From the NCBI RefSeq assembly GCF_004010195.1, contig NC_057755.1:4115462-4179461 (forward strand): a stretch of DNA of 64,000 nt. Reading direction: 5' to 3'. Under the pieces are notes generated by a model. It saw only the letters and a list, made by a program, of their open reading frames with translations. It did no database searches and was not told the origin of the DNA. The DNA is from Chiloscyllium plagiosum (taxonomy: Eukaryota). The position numbers were made by a program, and so were the translations under genes. This document shows positions 36,141 through 49,434 of the stretch, one piece after another (the first letter of the stretch is position 1; every line of letters begins with the position of its first letter).

Positions 36141-36955
36141 TGTCCACTTTAACTCAACACAATCCCCAAACACATTTTAAAAAGAACTTTATCATGACAA
36201 ATTAAACAGAGATGATGATGACCCACCAAAGGTGATATTAGGTCAGGTGACAGTAACTGATACAAAAGGGCAGATTTGAAGGATCATCTTAAATCTGATG
36301 GGGACCTGGGTCATTTGAAGGTTCCAAGAGAGAGTCCAGGAGTCCCTCTGGTTGTGCTTGGTTTCCCCTCCAACCCATCAGCTGGTTCATGGACAGGAAA
36401 GAATAACAAAACAGAATGATATCAGAGATTTAATCGAAATGAAGTAAATTACTGTTGAAAATAAGTTTGCAATCAGAAGATACAGAATTTTTACAGAACA
36501 CGATTTACCCTTTATAACACTGCCCTGTTTTTACTTTTGTCGAGATGGGTGGACGAACGAATTCAGTGAGGAAGATTGGAGAGGACTCTGTCGATCCATT
36601 TCCCTCTCTGGGCCTGGAGTGAACAATGATCCTTTCCTCCAGCTCATGTATTCATGTATCAATGTCACCCACTGAGAACTGATTGCTTGGGATGAATGTA
36701 TCTTTGTGCATGTCTAACTCCTCTTTTGGTTTTGCTTTTGTTGTTCAGATTTCCAATAACTGTTGCTCCTTGCTGACAGCACTTTACACTGGCTTTGCTC
36801 CTCCAGTGTCTTTTGTTTTGTTCCTCAGATGGAGTCCTTCCTTGTCCATTAGAAAATGAGTGCTGTCACGATTGTATTCCTCCTCCTTCTCCTTCTGACC
36901 ATGCCTCACGTGGACTCCTCGTACCATTATCTGCTGAGCTGATGTTGGCTCTCTG

Positions 36956-37839
36956 CTACTTGGATTTATTCACCAGTTGCATTATTTTTATAACTGAATA
37001 GTTCACGGCATACTTTAACTGGTCTCTAAATTTTTTCTGGGTCACCACATAGATAAGTGCATTTGTGCAGCAACTTAGGTTCCGCAGCATATATGCAACT
37101 TCTCGAAAGAGACGATAATCATAGTAACTCAAGGAATCACCAGCTTCAAAGAACTTTAAAATAAACAGAAACCACAGAAGTATGAAGCTGGCGGATATGG
37201 CAAAGAGTAAAATCACAGAATTCTTTCTGCTCTCTATCTCTGGGTCACTCTCTATTTTTCCCTGAGCCCTCAGTCCCTTACGCATCTTCATAGCCTCGAA
37301 GATGTGTCTGGCGGTCAGAATGTTGAGAAAGAGAATAAAAGTGAATGGGAGCATTGGTGTTATAAAATGTTCAAAGAATTTAAAAGCTTCCCACCGGTCA
37401 CGAAAATAACTGGACCTGGTATCACAATACCATGGAACATTGTTGATAATCTTTTCAGGTTTATATCGAAAGTATTTGGGAATGTTCTTTAAAGAAAAGA
37501 AAATGCAGATTGTTGCTATAACTCTCTTTGCAGTTTTCTTTGTACAGTACTGAGCTTTCATATGATGAAAACAAATGGCGATAAATCGATCAAAAGCAAA
37601 AACAACAGTGAACCAGACAGAGCAATCAATGGTCAAGTGGCTCAGAGCATAGATAACACTACAAACAGGAATGATGTCCAGGAGACACTGTGGATAATAA
37701 TAATACGGAAATCTGTGAAGTACAACGTCAAAAATAACGAACAGTAGATCAGATGTTGCCATGGCCACAAGGTAGTGAGTGGTGCATGAAGAAAGGCCAC
37801 ATTTCCGCTGAGCTAAGATTATTATTACCACGAGACTGA
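36956..37839 (-). CDS. GPR139-like class A GPCR, copy B, exon 2
   Basis: Acceptor 'ctctctctcctacag|tc'; open frame to TAG at 36956; 'DCSVWFTVVFAFDRFIAIC', 'SCCTNALIY'; clear paralogue of 3405-4291. Confidence 0.92.
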
Positions 37840-38219
37840 CTGTAGGAGAGAGAGAAAGGAATGAACAGATTAGAAGTTACTGATCAAAGATTCTCTGATG
37901 CCTGAGCCCAGGCGTAAATAATGGCACCAAAAATAATTGTTGCTCCATGTCATATGAATTTTAAAGAATCTGAACCAAAGCAGCAATCCCTCTTGAAATG
38001 AACCATTTGCACTTTTAAAAGACAGAGGGAAGAACATGGACAGCAGATTGCTCACAAAAACAGAGTCATGTACTCATTGTTTTGGGGGGATTGGTAGTGG
38101 TTGACTTCAGTTGTTTTGTAGGTTACTCAGACTGGCTGGAGGTTCCCTTGAGACCATAGCATCCACACAATTACACCTTGAATCAGTGAAACAAAGAATG
38201 GGAGACAGCAACGTGGACA

Positions 38220-39725
38220 TTGATTGCAAAATTTCTGTGGATGCAGGTTTGCTCGCTGAGCTGGAAGGTTGATTTCCAGATGTTTTGTCACCTTAGTAGG
38301 TAACATCGTCACTGGGCCTCCAGGCGAAGCACTGTTGATGATTCCTGCTTTCTCTCTATATGTTTGGATGTCTTTGGGTTAGTGATATCATTTCACGTGG
38401 TGATGTCATTGCCTGTGGTGATGCCATTTCCTGTTCTTTTTCTCAGGGGTGGTAGATGGGGTCTAACTCGATGTATTTGCTGATAGAGTTCTGGTTGGAA
38501 TGCTATTCTTCTTGTAATTCTCGTGCATGTCTCTGTTTGGCTTGTCTTAGGATGGATGTGTCGTCCAAGTCGAAGTGGTGTATTTCCTTATCTATATGTA
38601 AGGATACCAGTGAATGAGGGTCATGTCATTTTGTGGCTAGTTTATTTTCATGTATCCTGGTGGCTAGTTTTCTGCTTATTCGTCCAATTAGTGTTTGGTA
38701 CAGTTTTTGCTTGGTATTTTGTAAATTCCATTAGCTTTTCTTGTTGTCTGTACAGAGCCTTTCAAGTTCATTAGCTGTTGTTTTAATGTGTTGGTGGGTT
38801 TGTAGGCTACCACAGCTACGACATCAAGAACCATAACCTGAGTGACAAATCTTCTCGAAACCCGCAAAATTTTAGTCTTAGGTTTTGCAGACTCTACAGC
38901 TCATATTGCCCCCAGAATTGTATATCCACACTGTATGAACGGCAGTACAGGGCATTGAATTATGCTGTCCACAATGTGGATGAACAAATGATCAGGCATT
39001 GAGTCCCTCCCTCATGGACAGTATTAAACATCCTGACAATCCGTACCATGGAAGTATTCAGCAGTGAATCCAACCACCATGTTCCAAGCTGCATGCATAC
39101 CGAAATTATGAACCCTGCAACAATTGACACGGACTCCCCCACATGTCCAACATCGTACATCACAGCCTCCACCCAAATAAGACATGAATCCATGCTGCAT
39201 TGTTCATTGCAACTTACTGATTTAGAAATCACACATTTTATAAGGGATTAAGTGAAGCTTCCTGCCTGTGTCCAGGCCCATACTCCCAAACCCATCTCGC
39301 TATGAATAGAGATCCTGGTTGGATGCCAGGCCTCTAGGAGTTCTCTGGCATGTCTTTTCTTAGCCTGTCCCAGGATAGATGTGTTGTCCTCGTAGAAATG
39401 GTGGTTTATTTCCTCCGTGTGTATGGCTACGAGGGAGACTGGCACTCCAACCACAACGCCATAAACAAACACATAGTTCTAGATACCATCTATCATTCCC
39501 TCAGAGAATGAACAGGAAATGACATCACCACAAACCCCAGGAACCCCATCCAGGACAAACATATAAATAGAAAGCAGGAGACAACAGCTTCGTTTCACTT
39601 GGAGGTCGCCACTGATGATATTACCTAGCCAAGTAATGAAACGTCTGCATATCAAACCTACAGCTCAGCGAGCAAACCTACACCCTAAGCCTCAACCTGA
39701 GCGACAAACATTCACAAACCTTGCA
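38220..39725. mobile_element. Fragments of a second Penelope family in the intron of GPCR copy B (38220-38810 -, ~39310-39440 -, ~39450-39725 +)
   Basis: 'HHFYEDNTSILGQAKKRHARELLEAWH'; terminal hammerhead core 'cca-ctgatga-tattac...gtaat-gaaacgtc-tg' at ~39612-39645; interleaved with host intron sequence. Confidence 0.75.
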
Positions 39726-42700
39726 TATGTATTGCTGGTCATGGAGTCATTGATGAAGAGAATGAGTACTGAATGATCTGTGTGCTAATCACCCCGACCG
39801 GCTGTTTGTCCTGCACAATGAGGAGCTTTGTGAATGTTACACTCAGTGCTGCATTTGAATTGCACTCAGCCAGTACATGGAGAACATTCCATCCCAGCCC
39901 TGAGCTATGCTTTCTGGATTGTAGACGTGGATTGGAGAGGCAGGCAGGGAGCTTACTGTCACAGTAATCACAGTATCTGACATACTCCCGTGGCTACAAC
40001 ACTTGTGTGGCGGGACCAAGTCATTTTCTCATCAATGGTTGGTCCAGACTATTGATAGAGACAGAAACTGCAGATGCTGGATTCCAAGCTACATCTCCAT
40101 CTCTAATTTTGAAATTATGCTGACGGGAAAGACATTGATGAGGCAGCTGCATATTTTAGGGTCAAGGTACAACCATGCAGATTCCAGCAGAGATGGACTG
40201 AGATGACTGAGCTCCAACAGCCCGAACCATTTTCACCTACAGTCAGAATGAAACCAAAGAGAGTTGTAATCTCATTTCGTTCAGTTTTTCATGGGTTCCT
40301 TACTGTGAACATGTGTTCATGATTTACATGTTTAAGAACTGAAGGTTTCTTCTCAGGAATTAAAATGTAACTGTAATAATAACTGATTGAAGAACAGATC
40401 ATCAATCGTTCTGTAAATGCAAGGTAAAGAATTCTGATTTTGGTGTATTACAGAGTTAACATGTGGAGATAGTAAGGACAGCAGATGTTGGAAGTCAGAG
40501 TGGATAGAATGTGGAGCTGGAAAGGCACAGCAGGTCAGGCAATATGTGGCTGTGTTGGAAGGTCAGAGGTTACGGTACAATAAACAAGCAGCGAGTGACA
40601 GAGTTTGGGCTCCTGGCCGAGTCTGTACGTTTATCATTATCACACTAAAAGAAGAGAAATGCGCCTAATTCTGGAAACATTGAATTAATATTGTTGATCT
40701 GCCATTTTAATGTCGTAAAAAATATCGTATCTGTTAATGTCCACTGGGACATTTCACTTTGTAAACTGAGCACCAAGCATATACAACCAGTTGCAAAGAT
40801 GTTCCCATTTGCAATTCATTGCATACTGTTACTAGATCTGAAATATTAACTCTGATTTCTTTTCACAGATGCTGCCAGTTCACCTGACCTTTTCCAGCAA
40901 TATCTATTTTTGTTGTTATTGATGTTGACTCAGTCTTCTGTACTGCACTAACCTCTGGCATTATGTCAGTCATGTTCTCTCAATCTTACAGTCTTATCAG
41001 ATACCACATGAAATTCATTTGATATTTCTCCACCCAACACTTCAACAATAACATTTTCCCTCAAGTGAACTATTTTTGAATTGAACAAAGGGGACGTTAT
41101 TGCATCGAAGAGTTTGATCCACTGTGTAACTCCCCTGATTTAAAACACCCTGTGCTAGATATGTCCCAGTCAGCAGTGTTGATGCAGCAGCCCTGACATT
41201 TACAATGTGCTGTGGGAATGAACAGCTCAGTGTTATCGTTACTGCAAACACTTATAAAATTCCAAGTGTGAGCTGGCAATAACAAGTCCCTTCAATAATA
41301 CCTCACTCCCACTGACAACGCAATTTCCAATTATCAATAGCCAAAAACAGACTGGGTTTACTCAGCATCTAAACTCCAATAAACCACCCCACCTGTAAAC
41401 CACAATCACTGTTTGGACAGACATCCCGTGTGACAATCGGTTCAATGATGTCCCATGTTATGGGGCAAAGAACATCATGCAAACCAGGGTCAACAGGCAG
41501 TAAAACAGACATGCCTTTTCACAACCAAAGAATTCAATAATACATATCATCATTCATATTATTTCAGCCGTGTGCTACTGATGGACATGAATCAACTTCT
41601 GACCCGGATATATCATCCAACTCACCAAGTCTCTGAGTCCTGAACATCAGGTCAACTGAAGGTCCCAACAGCAGGGCTAACTGTCAGTCCATATAGCCGG
41701 ATGTTCTTGATCCCAATTGGACGCTCGGAGCAACATAACAATATCAAATATCCGAAATCGCCCATCAGTCACCACAAACCAATTTGTCTTTCATCAGTGA
41801 AAAATCTGATTGTACCACCCAATCTCCACTATTCTGAGCCCTGTGGACCAGGTAGAAAAACAGAGATTTCACAAAGTTGACGGAGTACTGCACTCCATGG
41901 TGTAACACTATGGCCTCACAGTGAATCAGCTTTAAAATATATCCAGAGGATTCATCTGTCAGTACCAACAAAATAACCATAACAATAATCAAAATAATAA
42001 TAATACTTATCCAAACCGGTAGACAAAGACTAAACAACAATCCCAAACGAATGTACATGCCAGCCCCTTCACATTGACCCAGTATTTTTTTCCAGGAACA
42101 TCAAAGTGTAACAGCAATAAAGGGCAACGTGGGAAACATCCTGTTGGACAAAGTTGTTTGATCCTCTATGGGAGAGCTGCTACCACGAAACTCCAGATCT
42201 CAGTGTTTGTCCGAATACACGCCACACCACAGCACTGTCCAACGTTTTTCAAATAGCACAACTCACTCGTCTTTCTGACAATCACATGATTCAACATTGT
42301 GCATCATAATTGGAATCCTGCACTCAACACCCGTCCAAGTGACCTTTCCTCACAAATATCATGCCCCACACATCCACTGACTGAAATAAACAGACAAGAT
42401 GGTGAGAGCTATCCGTGCTGACATTCACTTCTCACTCTGTAATGACTTGATCAACTCGATTGCTGCCCAGCTGGTGTTTCTGGCTCCCATTTGGAGTGAG
42501 CTGCCTGATCAAGATCCACTAACACAGTCCCTTCACATCAAGAAATGGGTAACAGCAGGTGTCACTAAGAGGTGGGTTGTTACAAAACCCAGCTGACCAA
42601 TGTGAGGCTTTGAACTCCCAGAGAGAGAGAGAGGTCTTGAGAAACACTTTCTGGACCAGCCAGGGACGGTGCTCAGCCAAGCCCCATCAGTCTGGCCTCA

Positions 42701-42908
42701 GGGCACACCGTTTCTGCACAGTATTGAGAAACAGACAACGCTGCTCATTAATGAGGAACCTCCGAAGCAAACAAATATTTTGTGAAGATACTGGCATCTG
42801 GCATCAGTATTTGCCTCGCTGAATAGAAATAAAATGATTAAGTGTCATAGAGTGGAATGTCTGATTTAATGCAGAGATGTATATAACTTAAGTTTTCGCA
42901 AGACTTAC

Positions 42909-42975
42909 CAGGAATACCAACAACAGCAAGGATGGTGTAGTGTAGTTTGGCCACCTTTTGTATTGGAAGATGCAT
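42909..42975 (-). CDS. GPR139-like GPCR copy B, exon 1 (N-terminus and start of TM1)
   Basis: ATG at 42975: MHLPIQKVAKLHYTILAVVGIP+G|gtaagt. The phase-1 donor joins the phase-1 acceptor at 37839 to give ...GIPVSLVVIIILAQRKCGLSS; 951 nt total, 316 aa. Confidence 0.85.
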
Positions 42976-44099
42976 TTTGTTGTTTGTAAAACAACCTCTC
43001 CCTGCTGCTTGCAATCTGTCGGAACGGGAGAATTCTCTTGAAATTGGAACTGACACAGTTCAAGTGATGTGTTTTTATATACTGCATGGCATCTCCACTT
43101 AGAAATCTTTTTTATCATTTTGAACAAACAAATTATGACAACAGGTTTATTTTAGTGATGTGATGCCATTGAGATTTTCCTCTGTAATGTAATACCCCAA
43201 AGACTGGATTAATCTGAACCTATCAGGCATCAAAGTTAATTTCATTGTATCTTCAAACGACAATAATTGTATTATTTCACATACTACCAACACCATAAAT
43301 ATCAAAGTATCTTCTGATATTCTTTTCTGTGAAGCCCTTCATTTTGCTGAATTTATTCAGTCATTCAATACCTCATGCTGTCGAGCTCCTTGAGAGCTAT
43401 TCTACTGCACACTTTTATCCCGCTGCTGTTCTTGTTCATTCAGTTTTCCATCTCATTTCGGAAATTCTATCTGTGAACGAGTGCTCTAATACAAAACTTG
43501 AAGTTGATACTGATCACAGTAACAGCTGGAACTTATACTCAAACAAATATGAGAAAAGAAACCAATTCAGAACCTTCCCTTCAGAATTATAGAGTGACCG
43601 AATCACATAGAACAAAAAACTCTGGGCGGCCCATCATGTTTGTCCCACTAAAATTATACTGAGTCTACATTTCCAGCATTTGGCCGACAGCCTTCAGGTT
43701 TGTGACATTTCAAATGCTCATCAAGTATTGTTTCAAGGTTGTGAGGTTTCCCGTCTCAACTACCTTGCAGTCTCCTTCCATCCTCGAGGTGAGAAGAGTT
43801 TTCCTCATGTTCCCCCTAAGTCTTTCAGCTTAATATTATCCCGCCTTGTTATTGGCCCTTCGACAGAAGGCAAACAACTACTTTATATCTGCACTGTCCA
43901 TGTCCTTCCTGGTATTCTATACCCCGATTCCTGCTCTAAGGAAATGAGCATGAGCTAATGAGCCACCCTCTTCACAGTTGCATTACGACACCCCCAGTAA
44001 CATTTCTGGTGAATCTCCTTTGTATCTCATCCAGTCCAATCACATCCATCCTCTGGTGCAGTGATCAGAACTGCACACAATTCTCTAACAATGACCCAA

Positions 44100-45130
44100 A
44101 AAAAGTCCTGATTGATTCAGTTTTTTGAAATGGGAACCAAGAAGGTAGATGAGGGCAGTGCGATAGCCATTGTCCACATATACTTTAGCAAGATCTTTGA
44201 CAAAGTATCTTATGGGTAGGTTATTGAGTAAGGTTAAATCTCACGGGGAGAAAGTGAGGACTGCAGATGCTGGAGATCAAAGTCGAGAACATAGTGCTGG
44301 AAAAGCACAGCAGGTCAGGCAGCAGCCGAGGAGTAGGAGAGTTTATGTTTCAGGCATAAGCCCTTCATCAGGAATTATGTAGGGCTAATGCCCAAAACGT
44401 CGAAACTCCTGCTCCTTGAATGCTGCCTGACCTGCTGTGCTTTTCCAGCACTATACTCTAAATCTCACAGGATCCAGGAGAGCTAGCCAATTGGATCCAA
44501 AATTGGATTGATGATAGATGGCAGAGGATGGTGGGAGATGAGTGTGCTTCAAACTGGAGGCCTGTGACCAGCAGTGTACCACAGATTCTGGGTCCACTGT
44601 TATTTATCATTTATATCAATGAATTGGATAGGAATTTCAGAGATAACATTAGTAGGTTTGTGGATGGCACCAAGATTGATGGTACAGTAGGCAGTGAAGA
44701 AGGTTATCTGGAAATGTAGAGAGATCTTCAACAACCGGGCCATTGGGCTGAGGAGTGGCAGATTGAGATTAATTTAAATAAATGGAAGGTGTTGCATTTT
44801 GGCAGGACTTACATAGACAATGGTAGGGTCCTGGGAGTGTGACAGAACAAAGAGTTTTTTTCATCATTCAGAGCATTAGCTATTGGGATTGGGATGTCTT
44901 GTTGCAGCTGTACAAGATATTGGTGAGGCCACATTTGGAATGCTGCATGCAGTTCTGGTCGCCTTACTATATGAAGGATATTATTAAAGTGGAAAGAGTG
45001 CAGAAACGATTTACTAGCATGTTGGCTTGTCTGGATGGTTGGCATTATAAGGAGAGGTTAAATAGGCTGGGACTCTTCTTCCCAGGAGAATGAAAGACTG
45101 AGGGTTGACCTTACTGAGGTCTACAAACGC
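44100..45130 (+). mobile_element. CR1 ORF2 fragment carrying a palindromic Penelope mini-element (44247-44458)
   Basis: 'VTSSVPQILGPLLFIIYINELD..ISRFVDGTKI', 'LQLYKILVRPHLECCMQFWSP'; the insert is flanked by taaatctcac(g/a)g at 44235-44246 and 44459-44470. Confidence 0.85.
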
Positions 45131-46131
45131 GAGCATACACACACACAAGACACCTATAAATAATCTTTAGATCTTTTTTCAGGAATACCTTCCTTTGCTT
45201 CGAGATACAATTGACTCTGCTCATCCATAGTTCCTTCAATCTTCTCACAGAGCAAATGTGCTAGCCCATCTCCATCACAAGCAAACTGGACGGTCTCAAA
45301 ATTTATTAGTGATTTCAAGTCAATTTTATTGACCAATCTCACTTCGTGTGTCTGTATTCCCATTTTCTAAGGACCAAACAGAGACAAATTAATATTTCAC
45401 TAAGTGATAAATGAGCAAATTAAGGTTTATTGGGTAATTGGAACAGTTATGTTATCTTGGGTTCTTAAATGAGTCAGGAAACCAGACACTGAATCAGTTC
45501 CATATCAAGATATTTTAGAAGTATAATTGTGGATCCAGGACAAATCCTATCATGACAAATCCTATCATGAACTTAATAAATATACGGAATTATTACTCTA
45601 ATGTCAACCAGGAAACTATCATCAATTGCTGTAACAACCCAATTGGTTCACTAATGCCCTATAGGGAAAGATAAATGCTACCTTTACTTGCTCTGTTGAC
45701 GAAACAGTGAAGATAGTTGTGTCGAACTGAAACAAAAGAAAGTGGTGATCACATTGTGGGGATTGTACTAAAGCACCCCCCACCCCAATAGTCTATGGGA
45801 GACTAAAGAGTAAATATATAGGGAGATTGCAGACAGCTGTAAGAAGAGTCATGTTGTAATAGTCTGACAATTTAACTTTATAGACATAGACTGGGATTAC
45901 CACAGTATTAAGAGCTTGGATGGGGAGGAATTTGTTCATTGTGCTCAATAAAACTTTATCAATAAATAACTAGATGTCACAACTACAGAAGGGGCGGGTG
46001 TCTCCATTATCCACTGAAAAATGGCACAGGCTTTTGATGGCCCGTATGGAGGGATTATATATTGCCACTAACCCTCATGGGTATAGTCGGACCATACTTC
46101 TGGGAATCCTCATTTAACCACAACAGCAGGT

Positions 46132-46701
46132 TGTTATGGACCAGGCCAGACTCCCTCAAAATATTCCAAGAAGGTAGCCCAGACCCTTACTTGTGCTCAT
46201 TTTAATTGGACATGTGAAGTAGATATTCCAGGTGTGATGCAGCCGGTCAAACCACTCGGCTTGAAGAAAAACAGTATTTAATTAAACACGACAGTTGCAA
46301 CATGAACAAAGGAAAACAGAATTTCGAATAACTTAACTATTTAAAAACCATCCAACTGGATGCAGCAACTTAATGAAGGAGTTGTTCCAATTTGTGCAAC
46401 ATCCCATAAGCACATCCTTTGGCAAAGGGTAAATTCAAACACATGTTCTTACAGACAAGAGAGATTTCGGAGAGAAAGCCAGTCAGGAACAAAATACTGA
46501 AGCTTGAACCTTTCTGCTATTGCACGCAGCTTCTTACTGTTACAATTAAAAGAACCTCGAAAAAAACAGAACTGGGAGAGCTCCCTGCTGTTCTTAAACT
46601 AGGCTCCAGCCCAGACATATTGGCACCTTTGCTTTTACGACCACTCTTGCAAAAAAAAACAAAATACAAAATAACCTTTTCAAAGTGACAGCATCGTCAC
46701 A
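46132..46701 (-). repeat. Gypsy LTR (3' LTR of the adjacent element)
   Basis: TGTTATGG...TCGTCACA termini; lies directly downstream (minus sense) of the RNase H remnant. Confidence 0.7.
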
Positions 46702-49300
46702 GCTCCAATACGAAAATGGCTTCATTTTAAACCACTTTGTCTTACTCTGTTAGTACACTACATGATGTTGACGAGATCTATGCAAATATGCCCTGCTACA
46801 TTCTATTTCAGTCTGTTTCTTGCTGCCATTGAACGCCTTCATGTCTCAACAGTGTGTCGGCAATTACGTTTTCTCATCCTGACACATTAATAATTTTCAA
46901 ATTGAATGGCTGCAATAACAAGCACCAATAACAAGTTTAGTCCTTTAATTTGTGTCCTTAAATTTCTCTAAAACGTTTAATGGGTTATGATCAATATATA
47001 TGCTTGTCTCAGACACATTGCTGGCAACATACGTGTTGAAATGTTGTAATGCCAACACCAAGCTCAAAGTCTCCTTCTCAGTTGTTGAATACTTCTTTTG
47101 ATGAATGTTCAGCTTCCTGGAGAAATATCGACAGGTCTTTCTATCTTCCCGTCGTCTTCTTGTAAGAGTACAGCACTAACACCCACATCACTCACATCAA
47201 AAGCCACCTTGAATGGCTTTGCGTAATTATGTGTGGCTAATACTGGGGAAGTGATTGACACAGGTTTCAGGCTGTCAAATTCTTTCTGACAGTTTGTCTT
47301 CCACTGAAACTTCCTGCATTTCTGCAGTAATTCAATAACTTAGACAACTGCTAAAATACAGTATAAACTTCGGGCAAAACCCATTCAATCCCAGGAAGTG
47401 TAGTGTAGGCAACTCCCCAATAAACTGTTTTGTCTAAACCATTTGATCATACACTATCTCTGATAATTCTACTTCAATCCCCTTATCGGTATTCTGTCAT
47501 TTCTCCTCTTGTTTCAGCTGGTGAGTTTATGATCTTGTTACCACACTATCAGGAAAAATCCCAGGATATACTTCCTGCAATACCTCAGAAGCCTGATTTC
47601 ACACTGGCCTTTCAACCACAGTAGGCATCACTCTTACCTGTGACCCAGCTATATCGTTAGCAAGGACAAATTATATTGCTGGTGCCGAGAGTCCTTCCAC
47701 TCCTCCTATCACCAATTCTCCACTTTCCACTGGACACGCTGGCCTCACTCGACATAACTGAATTCCAATTATTAGCATTTTGTCTGGCAATAGTCGTTCT
47801 GAGTTACACAACTTCTCATCTCTCAACATCAAAGATTGACATGGCCCTGTATCTCTTAATACTCTAACCTCTTTACCTGCTGCTCCTGAGCTATGCGAGT
47901 AAACTTTACCTTTGCAAGTAAATGGGTTCAGATCTGGCACATTCACCATAACCAACCTCTGATTGTACATGCTGGTGCAGATTTTTAGCTTCCAATGTGC
48001 TTTTTATTGCCACTCCAACAAAATTCACTGGCTTACCCTGTTGTCCAAAACATCCACCTTCCCAGTGCTTATCCTAACCCACCAACACTGTGATTTCATG
48101 TGGTCTACTTTATTACAGTGAAAACACCGGAGCTTTTTAACTTCTCTTTCCCCTTCAAGAATTTGCATTTTACTATGTGGTAACCTATCTTTATGATCTA
48201 CACCAAGATCCAATATTCCTTTACTACATGAGGATTTCTCTTTCCCTAATTTCTATCTCTCCTGGATTGAAATTAATGTTGGAAGCCAAACTTTGACTTA
48301 TGTACCAACTCATAATTATCAGCCATTTCAGTTGCTAATCTTGTCGAATTCACTCTCTGCTCTTCCACATGAGCTCTCACTCCGTCAGGAAATGAATTTT
48401 TTAAACTCTCTAAAATAATTGTCACAGAATTTCGTAGTTTTGCTATATTTTTAATGTCCTTATTGACCTATCAAAATTGCTTTGTTTGATCCTTTCAAAC
48501 GCAATGTATCTTTGACCAGGGTCCCTTCTTAGATTCCTGAAATCTTGTCTGTAGACGTCTGGCACCAGCTCAGGTACACTTAACATGGCTTTCTTCACCT
48601 CCTCATATTCCCCAGATACCTCCTCTGACAGTGAGGCAAATACCTCACTAACTCTACATTCCAGCTTTGTTCGGATCAACAAAACACACATGGTCACTGG
48701 TCACTTCATTTCTTTAGCCACTTTCTCAAATGAGAGGAAAAAGGCTATCACATCCTTCTCCTCTGCTTAAGGCAATGCTTGGATATATTTAAACAGATCT
48801 CCACCAGCCCTTGGCTGCGATGGTTTTGCACATTCTCACTAAGCCTACATTCTATATTCACCTCCATCATTTTAAACCAACTTTCCTGTTTAAGTGCCAG
48901 TTTCCGTAGGTCAAACGTTCTCTCTTTTTCCCTTTCTTCTCTCTCTTTTCCGTTTTGTTCTGCTAAAGTCATTCTGCCCTTTTCTTTTTGTTCTGCTTGG
49001 CTCTTCCTTTCCTTTTGCTTTTTTTTCTGCGAGAGCACCTTGTTCTTTTTCTCTTTCATCTGCTTTTAATCGTAATTTAAACGTTTTCCTTTTTGCCATG
49101 TTCAAGCTGCCTCACCTCCAATTGAATTCCAGCCATTTCCAGAGATTCCAAAAACATTTTCAGCAAATGTAAATGCCGAGCAGTTGCTGGAATTATCTTC
49201 CTTTTCTCGCAGATGGAACTAAACTCAACGCAACCTTATCTGCCTGTTCCAACAGCTTTGCCTTACTTTTGTAAAACCTCCAAATCACTTCGCCCACCCT
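46702..49300 (-). mobile_element. Gmr1-like Ty3/Gypsy internal region (gag with SCAN-like segment, PR, RT end, RNase H), internally deleted
   Basis: gag 'YEEVKKAML..PDVYRQDFRNL', knuckle 'CFHCNKVDHMKSQCW', PR 'VLRDTG..QSL', RNase H 'YFSRKLNIHQKKYSTTEKETLSLVLALQHF'; no integrase between RNase H and the LTR. Confidence 0.8.
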
Positions 49301-49434
49301 CAGAAAGCTCTTAGTGACTGAAATTCCCACTATTGAACCAAGCACCAAGCACTATTTAAACCAACCGAATCAAAGACCCAGAACAAAAGACACTCACACC
49401 GAATACTCACTGCCTACAAACCCAAACCGAAATT

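Noticed and set aside
41300..42300. Unassigned intronic stretch with a hydrophobic minus-strand ORF (41765-42058) and an 'EFNNTY' peptide faintly recalling a parvoviral capsid start
   Set aside because: The hydrophobic run comes from an (aat)n-like tract, and I found no further viral motifs in the frames I translated. A tBLASTx search would be needed to revive it.
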